Shown here one piece after another: positions 18,055 through 27,251 of a stretch of 32,000 nucleotides of DNA. Position 1 is the first letter of the stretch. Each line of letters opens with the position of its first letter. The DNA comes from Demequinaceae bacterium (GTDB taxonomy: Bacteria; Actinomycetota; Actinomycetes; Actinomycetales; Demequinaceae): the NCBI GenBank assembly GCA_965250005.1, contig OZ252279.1, forward strand, positions 810,001 to 842,000, written 5' to 3'. Below the pieces are notes generated by a model that saw only the letters and a list, made by a program, of their open reading frames with translations, had not been told where the DNA came from and searched no databases. A program made the translations under genes and the position numbers.

Positions 18055-19668
18055 TTGCGGAGGCGCATGGCTGACTCGCTGAGTGACGCAATTATCGAAC
18101 TCAACGCCGAACTCGATCTACCAACCATGCTCAATCGATTCCTCGAAGTCTCGCTCGAACAGACACACGCCAGTTACGCCGCAATCAACGTGCTCGACGA
18201 AAGCGGAAACAGTGTCGAGTTCTACTTTCGTGGGATGGAGAAGTCGATCTGGGAGAGCATCGGTCGCGGCCCCAGCGCCGTGGGCGTGCTGGGCCGAATC
18301 CCGTCTCTGGGCACACTCGTGGTCGACGAGGTCACTGAACATCCTTCGTTTAGGGGCCTGCCGCCGGACCACCCGCCACTTGGCTCGTTCCTCGGGACGG
18401 CGCTGCGTGCACGGGACCACGTATTTGGCTATCTCTACCTCGCTAGCAAGGAGGGCGGCTTTTCCGGGCACGACGAGACGGTGGTGCGCGCCCTCGCGGC
18501 GGCCGCATCTGTCGCGATTGACAACTCGACGCTGTATTCGAGCGCTCTCGAACGCGAACGATGGCTCGCGGCATCACAAGACATCACGACCACCCTGCTC
18601 GCGGATCCGGGCGATGAAGCGGCGCTCGGGCGCATCGTGGAGTCCGCGCTCGAGTTGGGCCAGGCGTCCGCCGCAACGCTAGTGCTGCCGGGCCTCGGCG
18701 ATGAGTGGGTGATGGAGTTTACGGTTGGCACGCACGCAGATGAAATGCTGGGCCTCGTGCTACCCGACGGCGGACGGGCACTCGAGGCGATCCACGCGGG
18801 GCAGGGAACCGTCGCGCTTGAGCCACCCGGTGAGGTCATCCTCGAGCCGATCCGCGACTTCGGCCCCGCGCTCTACGCTCCACTGCGCGCGGAAATGCGG
18901 ACCGTCGGACTGCTCATGCTGTGGCGAGAGAGGGGGCGGCCGCCGTTCGCAGACGCAGATCTCGCAACGGCTCAACTCTTCGCTGACCAAGCGGCGCTTG
19001 CCCTGTCGATCGCCGAACTGCGGCACATCCGCAACGTGTCTGCACTCCACGAGGACCGCAAGCGCATCGCCGATGATCTCCATGACCTGGTTTCCCAAGA
19101 ATTGTTCGCCGCAGCGATGCAGTTGGAGCATGTCCTCGATCAGGCCCCCGAAGACCTCAAACAGTTGATCACGAGCACTATCGACCATGTGGGTCGGGCG
19201 CAACGCGACGTCCGCGGCGTGGTTTCATCGCTCGCCGACGAACGCGCCGCCGAGCCTCTCACGGAGCGCGTGCGTCGCGAGATCGTCCTCGCGCAGCCGT
19301 CCCTCGGGTTGATTCCCGACGTCCGAATTAGCCAGAACGGGATCCCCGCGGAGGTCGAAGCCGACAGCGGTCTAGCAGACGACGTTGTCGCTGTGATCCG
19401 AGAGGGTCTGGCGAACGTCGCTCGGCACGCACACGCGACGTCAGCGTCCGTGGCCGTCGCAGCAAATGGCGATCACATCGAGGTGGTCGTCACAGACGAC
19501 GGCGTAGGCCCTCCCGCCGAGCTCGACCGTCACAGCGGCACCGCGAACTTGGCGAATCGATCTTTGCGCAGAGCCGGCACCTTTTCTCTCGAACCGGGTT
19601 CGGGTGACGCCCCGAAGCGAGGTTCGGTGATGCGCTGGACGGCTCGTTGGCGCGACCACAACGCCTGA
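18055..19668 (+). CDS. GAF-domain sensor histidine kinase (DevS-like organisation)
   Basis: GAF-like regions, then DHP box EDRKRIADDLHDLVSQELFAAAMQLEHV and ATPase motifs VIREGLANVARHAHAT and VVVTDDGVGPP. Start may be internal. Confidence 0.93.
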   Translation: MRRRMADSLSDAIIELNAELDLPTMLNRFLEVSLEQTHASYAAINVLDESGNSVEFYFRGMEKSIWESIGRGPSAVGVLGRIPSLGTLVVDEVTEHPSFRGLPPDHPPLGSFLGTALRARDHVFGYLYLASKEGGFSGHDETVVRALAAAASVAIDNSTLYSSALERERWLAASQDITTTLLADPGDEAALGRIVESALELGQASAATLVLPGLGDEWVMEFTVGTHADEMLGLVLPDGGRALEAIHAGQGTVALEPPGEVILEPIRDFGPALYAPLRAEMRTVGLLMLWRERGRPPFADADLATAQLFADQAALALSIAELRHIRNVSALHEDRKRIADDLHDLVSQELFAAAMQLEHVLDQAPEDLKQLITSTIDHVGRAQRDVRGVVSSLADERAAEPLTERVRREIVLAQPSLGLIPDVRISQNGIPAEVEADSGLADDVVAVIREGLANVARHAHATSASVAVAANGDHIEVVVTDDGVGPPAELDRHSGTANLANRSLRRAGTFSLEPGSGDAPKRGSVMRWTARWRDHNA

Positions 19669-19675
19669 CAGAGCG

Positions 19676-20293
19676 CTAGGCGCGAAACGACCCGGCGCGC
19701 TTGGCGGTTGCCCACGCGACTACCTGAGTGCGCCGCTGAAACCCCATTTTGGCGAGCACGGCGGTGACGTGGTTCTTCACGGTCTTCTCGGCGATCCCGA
19801 GGCCCTCCGCGATTTCGCGGTTCGAGTTAGATTGGCCCACGAGTTCGAGCACGCGCAGTTCCATCGGCGTGAGACGAGACAGGACCGCATCCTCACCCAC
19901 CTTGATTCGCGTGGCGGAGATGCGGCCCGCGGCGGCGTCCCGCACAGCCTGCAGAACCTCGGCGGACTTGGCGGTCTTGGGCACAAAGCCATGGGCGCCC
20001 GCGGCTTTGGCCGCCGCCCGCGCCTCGTCGTCGTCATAGGACGTCAGGACCACAATGCGTGTCTCCGGCAGCTTCTCAGCAACATGCGCGATGACGTCCA
20101 GCCCCGTTCCGTCGGGAAGACGCAAGTCGGAAAGGATTACTTGGGGCTTTACGGCCTCGGCGCGGCGAATGGCCTGGGCCACGTCGCCAGCCTCTGCGAC
20201 CACTTGGATCCCGTCGGCGCGATCAAGAATATCGCAGATGCCGCGGCGCACTACCTCGTGGTCGTCCAGAACAAGAACAGTGATGTCTGCCAT
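19676..20293 (-). CDS. NarL/LuxR-family response regulator
   Basis: ITVLVLDDHEVVRRGICDIL...VILSDLRLPDGTG...LTPMELRVLELVGQSNSNREIAEGLGIAEKTVKNHVTAVLAKMGFQRRTQ. Confidence 0.96.
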   Translation of the reverse strand: MADITVLVLDDHEVVRRGICDILDRADGIQVVAEAGDVAQAIRRAEAVKPQVILSDLRLPDGTGLDVIAHVAEKLPETRIVVLTSYDDDEARAAAKAAGAHGFVPKTAKSAEVLQAVRDAAAGRISATRIKVGEDAVLSRLTPMELRVLELVGQSNSNREIAEGLGIAEKTVKNHVTAVLAKMGFQRRTQVVAWATAKRAGSFRA

Positions 20294-20302
20294 AGGTCGA
20301 TG

Positions 20303-21292
20303 TTACTCGGCTGGCGCGCCGGCACGGGTATTGGCGCCAACCGCGACGCTACGAGTGCGCCACGCACGCTGACACCGGGGGCACCAGTGCGTGCCTCGGC
20401 CGCCGATTCGCTCACGTGCGATCAACCCGCCACACCGACCGCACGGCTCACCCGCGCGGCCGTAGGCACTGAGCTCCCTGGCGAAGTAGCCGGACTCGCC
20501 GTTGACGTTCACGTAGAGCGCGTCGAAGCTGGTCCCTCCTAGCAGGACGGCCGCGGACATTACCTTGCGGAGCGCCCCGAGTAAGTCCGCTGCTTGCTGC
20601 GAGGCGAGCGCGCTCGCTGGACGTTCGGGGTGGATTCGCGCACGCCACAGCGCCTCGTCCGCGTAGATGTTGCCCACACCGGAAACCACGGTCTGGTCGA
20701 GCAAAACCTGTTTGATCCCTCGCCTGCCCCGCCGCAGCGCACGCATAGTGCTCGGAGTGTCGAGCGCGGGATCGAGAACGTCGCGAGCGATATGCGCCAC
20801 CGAAGCCGGGACTCGTGCCTGCTCGGTTCCTACTCCTCCCGCGCCTGCGTCCGGCGTCGGGACCAGCGGCTCAACGTTCAGGTATCCGAAGGTCCGCTGG
20901 TCGAGGAAGTCGACCGTGAGTTGCTTCCGCCTGAGCGACAGGTACAGCCTGGCCCGGCAGTGGGCGTGCGGCTCTGGCGCATCGTCCTGGCCAGCGCGGT
21001 GGACTCGGAATTGTCCAGACATGCCCAGGTGTGCTGACAGCGCGTCAACGGGCTCGCGCTGGCCAGCATCGTCCACCGCTGCGTCGTCGTCCAATGCGAG
21101 CCACAGGAACTTTCCACGACGGGCGACCGAGGCGACCGACATTCCAGTCAGGGCCGCGGAGAATTCTGCCGGACCTCCCGGCAGCAAGCGAACGCAAGAA
21201 TCGCGAAATACCTCGACCCCGTTGATCGTCGCTCCGCGCACCACGCGCTCGAGTCCGCGCCTGATCGTCTCGACCTCAGGCAACTCAGGCAT
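20303..21292 (-). CDS. mutM: Formamidopyrimidine-DNA glycosylase
   Basis: MPELPEVETIRRGLERVVRG...LLDQTVVSGVGNIYADEALW, zinc finger CGRCGGLIARERIGGRGTHWCPRCQ. Confidence 0.96.
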   Translation of the reverse strand: MPELPEVETIRRGLERVVRGATINGVEVFRDSCVRLLPGGPAEFSAALTGMSVASVARRGKFLWLALDDDAAVDDAGQREPVDALSAHLGMSGQFRVHRAGQDDAPEPHAHCRARLYLSLRRKQLTVDFLDQRTFGYLNVEPLVPTPDAGAGGVGTEQARVPASVAHIARDVLDPALDTPSTMRALRRGRRGIKQVLLDQTVVSGVGNIYADEALWRARIHPERPASALASQQAADLLGALRKVMSAAVLLGGTSFDALYVNVNGESGYFARELSAYGRAGEPCGRCGGLIARERIGGRGTHWCPRCQRAWRTRSVAVGANTRAGAPAE

Positions 21293-21334
21293 TCGCACTC
21301 CCATTCCTTGGGACGTCCCTCGCGGGAGCCGCGG

Positions 21335-22045
21335 TCACGAACTAGCTGTATCCGCCGACGTGAGCGACAGGTACGCCTCTTCAGCCGCGGCCTGCTCTGC
21401 ATACTTCTTGGCGCTTCCCTTGCCCGAGCCGCGTGGCTCACCCGAGAGCACCACGGTCGCTACGAACATGCGCGAATGGTCGGGCCCCTCACCTGCGACT
21501 TCGTACACTGGGACGCCAAGGCCGCGCTCGGCCGACGCCTCCTGAAGAGACGTCTTCCAGTCGAGGCCGGCGCCGGTGGAGGCCGCGCGTTCGAGCGCCG
21601 GCCCCACGAGCCGCAGTACCAGGTCTCGAGAAGCCTCAATGCCGTGTGACATGTAGACCGCACCCAGGACGGCCTCGAAGGCGTCGCACAGAATCGAGTC
21701 TTTGTCTGAGCCGCCCGTGGCTGTCTCACCTTTGCCAAGCAGGATACATTCGCCGAGCCGGATTTCCCGAGCAATCTGGGCGAGCGCGCGCTGCGAGACG
21801 CAAGCTGCGCGCATTTTCGCAAGGTCGCCCTCAGGCAGATCGGGATGATCACGGTACAGCTTGTCCGTCACCACAACGCCGAGAACCGAGTCGCCCAAAA
21901 ACTCGAGGCGCTCGTTGGTGGGCAGTCCGCCCGCTTCGTAGGCAAACGACCGGTGGGTCAACGACAGCACCAGGAACTCGGGGTCGATGGATACGCCCAA
22001 GCGTCCGAGGAGGGCCTTGGCGGCATCCTCTCCGGGAATGGTCAC
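21335..22045 (-). CDS. rnc: Ribonuclease III
   Basis: [57 protein letters not shown]-terminal dsRNA-binding domain ([21 protein letters not shown]). Confidence 0.97.
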   Translation of the reverse strand: MTIPGEDAAKALLGRLGVSIDPEFLVLSLTHRSFAYEAGGLPTNERLEFLGDSVLGVVVTDKLYRDHPDLPEGDLAKMRAACVSQRALAQIAREIRLGECILLGKGETATGGSDKDSILCDAFEAVLGAVYMSHGIEASRDLVLRLVGPALERAASTGAGLDWKTSLQEASAERGLGVPVYEVAGEGPDHSRMFVATVVLSGEPRGSGKGSAKKYAEQAAAEEAYLSLTSADTASS

Positions 22046-22069
22046 AGCAATCGCCTCGCGGCTACTGGC

Positions 22070-22264
22070 CTACTGCTCGTGCTCGGTGCGAACGGCCTCT
22101 GCGTACTGGCGGCCGTTGTATGCACCGCACGCGGGGCACGCGGTGTGACCGAGCTTGTCGGCCTTGCACTGCGGACACTTGACGAGGGTCGCGGAAGTGG
22201 TCTTCCACTGCGAACGGCGCGCGCGCGTGTTGCTGCGCGACATCTTGCGCTTCGGAACTGCCAC
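22070..22264 (-). CDS. rpmF: 50S ribosomal protein L32
   Basis: GTG start: MAVPKRKMSRSNTRARRSQWKTTSATLVKCPQCKADKLGHTACPACGAYNGRQ. Confidence 0.97.
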   Translation of the reverse strand: MAVPKRKMSRSNTRARRSQWKTTSATLVKCPQCKADKLGHTACPACGAYNGRQYAEAVRTEHEQ

Positions 22265-22266
22265 GG

Positions 22267-22842
22267 CTAACTCTCTTTCGTTTCGGTCGAATCTTGACCG
22301 TCTATCAATGAACCGAGGGCCGACCACCGGGGGTCGATCTCGTCGTGCTTGTGATCCGGGTCTTCCGCAAGCCGCGCGCCGCATCGGTCGCACAGCCCTG
22401 GGCAATCCGGGGCGCATAGCGGGGTGAATGGTAGTGATGTTACTACGGCGTCCCGCACCACTTCTTCAACGTCGAGATTCTCGCCGTCGAAGTCGTGGAG
22501 ATCCACCTGGTTTTCGTCCTCGTCCTCGCGCTCAATGTCGGGGTAGTAGAACAGGCCTTGAACCAGCGCCGCCACCCCAATAGTGACCGCGTCCAGGCAA
22601 CGCCCGCACTCCCCCGTCGCTGTGCCGGCGACGGTTCCGGAGATCCAGATACCGTCTGACACGGACTCGAGGCTCACCTCAAGTTTGAGTTCCGCGCCCT
22701 TCGGCACGCCGATCACGTCGGTGCCAATGACCTCGGGGGCCGGGAAACTACTGGAGTAGGACCTCTGCGTGCCGGGCCGGCGCGCGAGATCCCTTGCAGA
22801 GATCACAAATGGCAACTCTGCAGAACTGTGCGACTTGGGCAT
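22267..22842 (-). CDS. YceD/DUF177 family protein
   Basis: Located upstream of rpmF. VSGTVAGTATGECGRCLDAVTIGVAALVQGLFY...CAPDCPGLCDRCGARLAEDPDHKHDEIDPRWSAL. Confidence 0.92.
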   Translation of the reverse strand: MPKSHSSAELPFVISARDLARRPGTQRSYSSSFPAPEVIGTDVIGVPKGAELKLEVSLESVSDGIWISGTVAGTATGECGRCLDAVTIGVAALVQGLFYYPDIEREDEDENQVDLHDFDGENLDVEEVVRDAVVTSLPFTPLCAPDCPGLCDRCGARLAEDPDHKHDEIDPRWSALGSLIDGQDSTETKES

Positions 22843-22958
22843 CGCCCCTCCAGTGAATCCTCGGTCCTCAGGGACCTTGGCCGGCCACGATCAGCAGGAC
22901 CAGCGCACGAGTCTACGCGATGCTTGAGGCGTTGCCCAACTCGCGCGGGCGCGCGGCG

Positions 22959-23441
22959 CTATTCGTGGGCGAGCGCCTTGAGAACGACGGGCTCAACGTC
23001 CGGAGGCACCAGGTGCTTGATGGATCCACCGTGCCGTGCCACGTCCCTCACGAGCGACGAGGCGATATGGCTGAGAGCGTTGTCGCCCGTGACGAAGACG
23101 GTCTCGATCCCCGTCAGCGAACGGTTCATGAGCGCCATGGGCCGCTCGAAGTCGTAGTCTGCGCCTCCGCGCAGTCCCTTGACGATTGCCGTGGCATTCT
23201 CCGACTGGCAAAACTCCACGAGCAGGCCCTCCGTGGACATCACCTCAACACCGTCGATGTGTGCCATCGCCCGCTGTGCGAGCGCGACGCGCGCGGGCGC
23301 ATCGAGCAGCGGAGTCTTGGTGGAATTGTGGGCTACCGCCACGATCACGCGATCAAATAGCGAGCGGGCACGCAGGACAATGTCGACGTGACCCAGGGTG
23401 ACGGGATCGAACGTACCCGGAAATACGGCTGTTGTACTCAT
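22959..23441 (-). CDS. coaD: Phosphopantetheine adenylyltransferase
   Basis: MSTTAVFPGTFDPVTLGHVDIVLRARSLFDRVIVAVAHN...AIVKGLRGGADYDFERPMALMNRSL. Confidence 0.97.
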   Translation of the reverse strand: MSTTAVFPGTFDPVTLGHVDIVLRARSLFDRVIVAVAHNSTKTPLLDAPARVALAQRAMAHIDGVEVMSTEGLLVEFCQSENATAIVKGLRGGADYDFERPMALMNRSLTGIETVFVTGDNALSHIASSLVRDVARHGGSIKHLVPPDVEPVVLKALAHE

Positions 23442-23482
23442 GGCTCGACACTACAAGCCTTTGCGCGCTGACCGAAGGGGCG

Positions 23483-23980
23483 CTAGCCGCGCGAGTTGAT
23501 GGCGATCCAGCTAGCGGCGACGTCGGCCGCTGTCACCTTGAGGCTGCCTCCCGAGAACTCAATCTCGTGCACGCATCCCCTGGCGTGCGGGTACATGCGG
23601 TCGCTCAAACTCCGGCCAAGTACCGTTGCTGCCGTGGCAGGAGTTACCGCCTCTTGGGTATCGCCGGTCGCCTCACCGAATCTCACGTCCACCAAGCCGT
23701 AATAGGTCAGCACGATGTCCTGGGAGTGAACCTGAGGGTACCCGCGCATCAGCAGTTCGGCAGCGGTTCCGCCCTCGTATTCGTGAATGGTGATTCTACC
23801 GAAGCGGTGGTTACGAATGGGGTCCGTGGACATGTCGAAGCGTCCCGGGAGGCTCGCAAGTCGGTGCGCGTGCTCGGGTAGACCCGTCGCGTCGGCGCGC
23901 AGGCGCGCCGCATCCGCGTCTGACTCCTCCAACTGAGGAACCGACATCGGCCCATCTGCCGATGGGTGAATATCAATCAT
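23483..23980 (-). CDS. Hypothetical protein
   Basis: Long ORF in the coaD-rsmD interval. Likely start MIDIHPSADGPMSVPQLEE after a ggggagataagaag-like RBS. No family recognised. Confidence 0.65.
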   Translation of the reverse strand: MIDIHPSADGPMSVPQLEESDADAARLRADATGLPEHAHRLASLPGRFDMSTDPIRNHRFGRITIHEYEGGTAAELLMRGYPQVHSQDIVLTYYGLVDVRFGEATGDTQEAVTPATAATVLGRSLSDRMYPHARGCVHEIEFSGGSLKVTAADVAASWIAINSRG

Positions 23981-24118
23981 CTTCTTATCTCCCCGATACC
24001 CGGAGCGCACAGCACCCCACCATCACTCTCTAGGAAGATAACGCCCGCCGCTAGCCCCAGGTGCCCAAAGGGCCTGTGATCTTCATCACTCGGCCCCTAC
24101 GCGGCGCAACACCAATCG

Positions 24119-24688
24119 CTACGCCCAGGCGTCTGCCGCCTCGCCTGCGCCCGCATAGTGAACTGTGGTCGCGCCATACTTCTTGGACGCATCACCGACG
24201 ATGCCGCCCGGCCACGGCGGCGTTCCGGCACGGGTGGACCATTCGAGTACGACACGAGCTCCATCCTCAAGGCGAGGGGCGAGTGCCTCGAGCACGATCG
24301 CGAGCTCCGAGCGCGGGATGTCGTACGGCGGATCAAGTAGCGCGAGCGTGAATCGGCCTGTAGCGCGATCAAGAAATCGCTCGACCGTGTCTCGGAAAAC
24401 CGTGCACCTGGCGGCAACGTCGAGGGCGCCCGCGTTAGTCTGGACGACGCTCGCCGCGGGCCCTGCTGACTCGACGAACGTGACGTGTTGAGCCCCCCGA
24501 CTGAGCGCCTCCAGGCCGAGGGCGCCCGAGCCCGCGTAGGCGTCCAACACCACACCGCCGCGCAGGACGTCCTCGTGGTCGAGGCGGCTAAATATCGCCT
24601 CGCGCACACGGTCCGTCGTCGGGCGCGTGCCTTTGGCCGGCACCGCGATACGGCGCCCACCGTACGAGCCGGCGATGATGCGAGTCAT
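24119..24688 (-). CDS. rsmD: 16S rRNA (guanine966-N2)-methyltransferase
   Basis: MTRIIAGSYGGRRIAVPAKGTRPTTDRVREAIFSRL...VLDAYAGSGALGLEALSRGA...LALLDPPYDI. Confidence 0.96.
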   Translation of the reverse strand: MTRIIAGSYGGRRIAVPAKGTRPTTDRVREAIFSRLDHEDVLRGGVVLDAYAGSGALGLEALSRGAQHVTFVESAGPAASVVQTNAGALDVAARCTVFRDTVERFLDRATGRFTLALLDPPYDIPRSELAIVLEALAPRLEDGARVVLEWSTRAGTPPWPGGIVGDASKKYGATTVHYAGAGEAADAWA

Positions 24689-24968
24689 GCCCTCAAGAGT
24701 AAGGCTCGACGGGGTGCTTGAACATGGTCCGTTGCAAGATCTCGGCGCCGCGCGAAATCGTCAGGAACTGAAGAACTTGCGTACCGAACTCGGCTTAGTG
24801 CGCAGCGCCTCGTAGTCCGCATGCCACGGGTCACCACTCAAGTATGACCCCATCGCGCGCCGAGCATACCTCGAAGTTCGCGACTGAAGGATTCAATGGC
24901 TCGGCAACACCTGTACGAACTGGCCGCGTCGGCGTATGCGATCAGGCACCGATACGTGCTGGACCGGC

Positions 24969-27251
24969 CTACGGCCGATCGAGGAAGTCCTCACGCTCCG
25001 GCGCCAGCCATTCATCGATCGCTGACGCTAGAGCGGGGTGTCCACTTAGATCGGGGTCGGCGTCCACGATCTCGCGGGCGTCGGCGCGCGCCTGGTCAAT
25101 GACGTCCCGATCGCGCACGACGCGCAGGAGCTTGAGCGCGTTGCGTCCGCCCGACTGGGCGGCACCCAGAACATCGCCCTCACGCCGCAGCTCGAGATCC
25201 TTTTCGGCGAGCTTGAAGCCGTCAGTTGTCTGTGCGAGCGCGGAAAGGCGCTGGTGCGCGAGTGAGTCTTCGTCGGCTCGTGAGAGCAAAAGGCACAGCC
25301 CAGGAATGTCGGACCTCCCTACCCTTCCGCGGAGTTGATGCAACTGCGAAATCCCGAAGTGATCTGCGTCGAGGATCACCATGACTGAGGCCTCGGGCAC
25401 GTCCACGCCTACCTCGATCACGGTGGTCGAGACCAGGACGGGAACCTTGCCGGACTTGAAGCCGTCCATCACCGCATCCTTCTGCTCGGGCGCGAGGCGG
25501 CCGTGCATCACGCCAATGGCCATGCCAGCAAGTTCGGGACGCGACGCGAGCATCTGTGCAACCTCGGCGACGGCGTGCAAGGGGGCCTTGGGGGCGGGCG
25601 AGGCGGGCACGTCGCCGTCCAGCACGTCCTCCACATCCGTTACCTCGCTCAGGCCGTCCTCCTCGATCTGATCGCCGTCGATGCGCGCGCAGACCACGTA
25701 GGCGCGGCGCCCCGCATCCACCTCCTCGCGGATGCGGGCCCACGCCCGCTCCAGCCACGCGTGATTGTCGGCAGGGACTACGTGGGTCGTCACGTCAGCG
25801 CGACCTGCCGGTTTCTCGGTAAGCGTCGACGTCTCGAGGTCGCCGAATACGGTCATGGCCACGGTCCGCGGGATCGGCGTCGCTGTCATCACCAGCAGGT
25901 GCGGAGGCGTTGCGCCTCGACTGCGCAGCGCGTCACGCTGCTCGACACCGAACCTGTGCTGCTCGTCAACGACCACCAGGCCGAGATCCGCAAACTGCAC
26001 GGTTTCGCTCAGCAGCGCGTGCGTGCCCACCACAATTCCGGCGGCGCCGCCCGCGGCCTCGCCGAGCGCCGCGCGCCGCTCCTTCGACCCCTGCGATCCG
26101 GTCAGCAGGACAACCCGGGTGGCGTTCTTGGCCGCCGTCAGCATCCCTCCATCTGCAAGGTCACCCATGAGGTCCCGCAGCGTGCGCAAGTGCTGCGCGG
26201 CGAGCACCTCGGTGGGTGCCAGAAGCGTCGCCTGACCACCCGTCTCCACCACCTGCAGCATCGCGCGCAGCGCCACGACAGTCTTTCCCGATCCCACGTC
26301 GCCCTGGAGAAGTCGCTGCATGGGAACGTCGCGGCCAAGATCCTCGGCAATGGTGTGCCCCACGGCGCGCTGACCGTCCGTGAGCCCGAACGGCAGGCAG
26401 GCGTCAAGCGCCTCGACAAGACCGCCTGCGCGCGCTGGCCGCGCCACCGACGTGAGGGCCCGTGCGGCGACCCTGCGCCTTGCCAGGGCGCTCTGAAGCA
26501 CTAAGGCCTCCTCGTACTTGAGGCGAGCCTGGCCGCGGCGCCAGGCGTCGTCGTCGTCAGGAGTGTGCACGTCTCGGAACGCATCGAGCAGGGACGAGTG
26601 GCCGTGCCGCGCAAGCATCGCGCCGGGTACAGGATCGGGAACGTCGGCCTCCATCAGCGGATCCAGCAGCGTCCGCACTGAGCGGCCGATGCGCCACGTA
26701 GGGACGGCGGCCGTGGCGGGGTAAAACGGAATGGGGCGCGAGGCCTCGAGCACCGCATCTTCCTCGGAGTCGGCGTCGAGCCCCACAATCAAATAGTCTG
26801 GGTGGGTCAATTGGCGCCGCCCGCGATACTCTCCGACACTTCCCGTAAAGAGCCCTGTGCGTCCGGCTCGCAGTTTGTCCTCATGCATCCGCAACACGCC
26901 GGGACGCTTAGCGAAGAAGGTCAACTGGAGGGTGTCGCGCCCATCGGTCACGATGGCCTCGAGCATCGCTCCGGACCGCGCGCGCATCTGTCGAATGGTG
27001 GTCGATCGCACCTCCGCCATGATCGTGACGTGCTCCTTGAGCTTGAGCGACGCGATATCGCTAAACTCCCCTGGCTTGCCGTAGCGGCGCGGGTAGTGCC
27101 TTAGCAGGTCGCCTGCCGTCGTGAGCCCCAGCTTCCCAAGCGCGTTGGCCGTGCGAGTGCCCAGCACTTTTTGAATGGGTTCGGCGAGTCGGTTCGCCAC
27201 CCCGAAGCCGCCAGCAACTGAGGCAACGGAGGGCGACTCACGGCTGGTCAT
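24969..27251 (-). CDS. recG: ATP-dependent DNA helicase RecG
   Basis: RLLQGDVGSGKTVVALRAMLQ...LLAPTEVLAAQHLRTL...VVVDEQHRFGVEQRDALR...VMTATPIPRT...ISQLHQLRGRVGRSDIPGLCLLL. Confidence 0.97.
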   Translation of the reverse strand: MTSRESPSVASVAGGFGVANRLAEPIQKVLGTRTANALGKLGLTTAGDLLRHYPRRYGKPGEFSDIASLKLKEHVTIMAEVRSTTIRQMRARSGAMLEAIVTDGRDTLQLTFFAKRPGVLRMHEDKLRAGRTGLFTGSVGEYRGRRQLTHPDYLIVGLDADSEEDAVLEASRPIPFYPATAAVPTWRIGRSVRTLLDPLMEADVPDPVPGAMLARHGHSSLLDAFRDVHTPDDDDAWRRGQARLKYEEALVLQSALARRRVAARALTSVARPARAGGLVEALDACLPFGLTDGQRAVGHTIAEDLGRDVPMQRLLQGDVGSGKTVVALRAMLQVVETGGQATLLAPTEVLAAQHLRTLRDLMGDLADGGMLTAAKNATRVVLLTGSQGSKERRAALGEAAGGAAGIVVGTHALLSETVQFADLGLVVVDEQHRFGVEQRDALRSRGATPPHLLVMTATPIPRTVAMTVFGDLETSTLTEKPAGRADVTTHVVPADNHAWLERAWARIREEVDAGRRAYVVCARIDGDQIEEDGLSEVTDVEDVLDGDVPASPAPKAPLHAVAEVAQMLASRPELAGMAIGVMHGRLAPEQKDAVMDGFKSGKVPVLVSTTVIEVGVDVPEASVMVILDADHFGISQLHQLRGRVGRSDIPGLCLLLSRADEDSLAHQRLSALAQTTDGFKLAEKDLELRREGDVLGAAQSGGRNALKLLRVVRDRDVIDQARADAREIVDADPDLSGHPALASAIDEWLAPEREDFLDRP

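Noticed and set aside
17792-18082. 96-aa + ORF overlapping the start of the histidine kinase
   Set aside because: No clear RBS or family; cannot be distinguished from a chance ORF in the rne/kinase divergent region.
19769-20542. 257-aa + strand ORF
   Set aside because: Antisense to the response regulator and mutM 3' end; shadow frame.
24058-24076. CAGGTGCCCAAAGGGCCTG imperfect hairpin downstream of rsmD
   Set aside because: Bulged stem and no T-tract; too weak to call as a terminator.
25503-26504. 333-aa + strand ORF
   Set aside because: Antisense to recG; no protein-like motifs.
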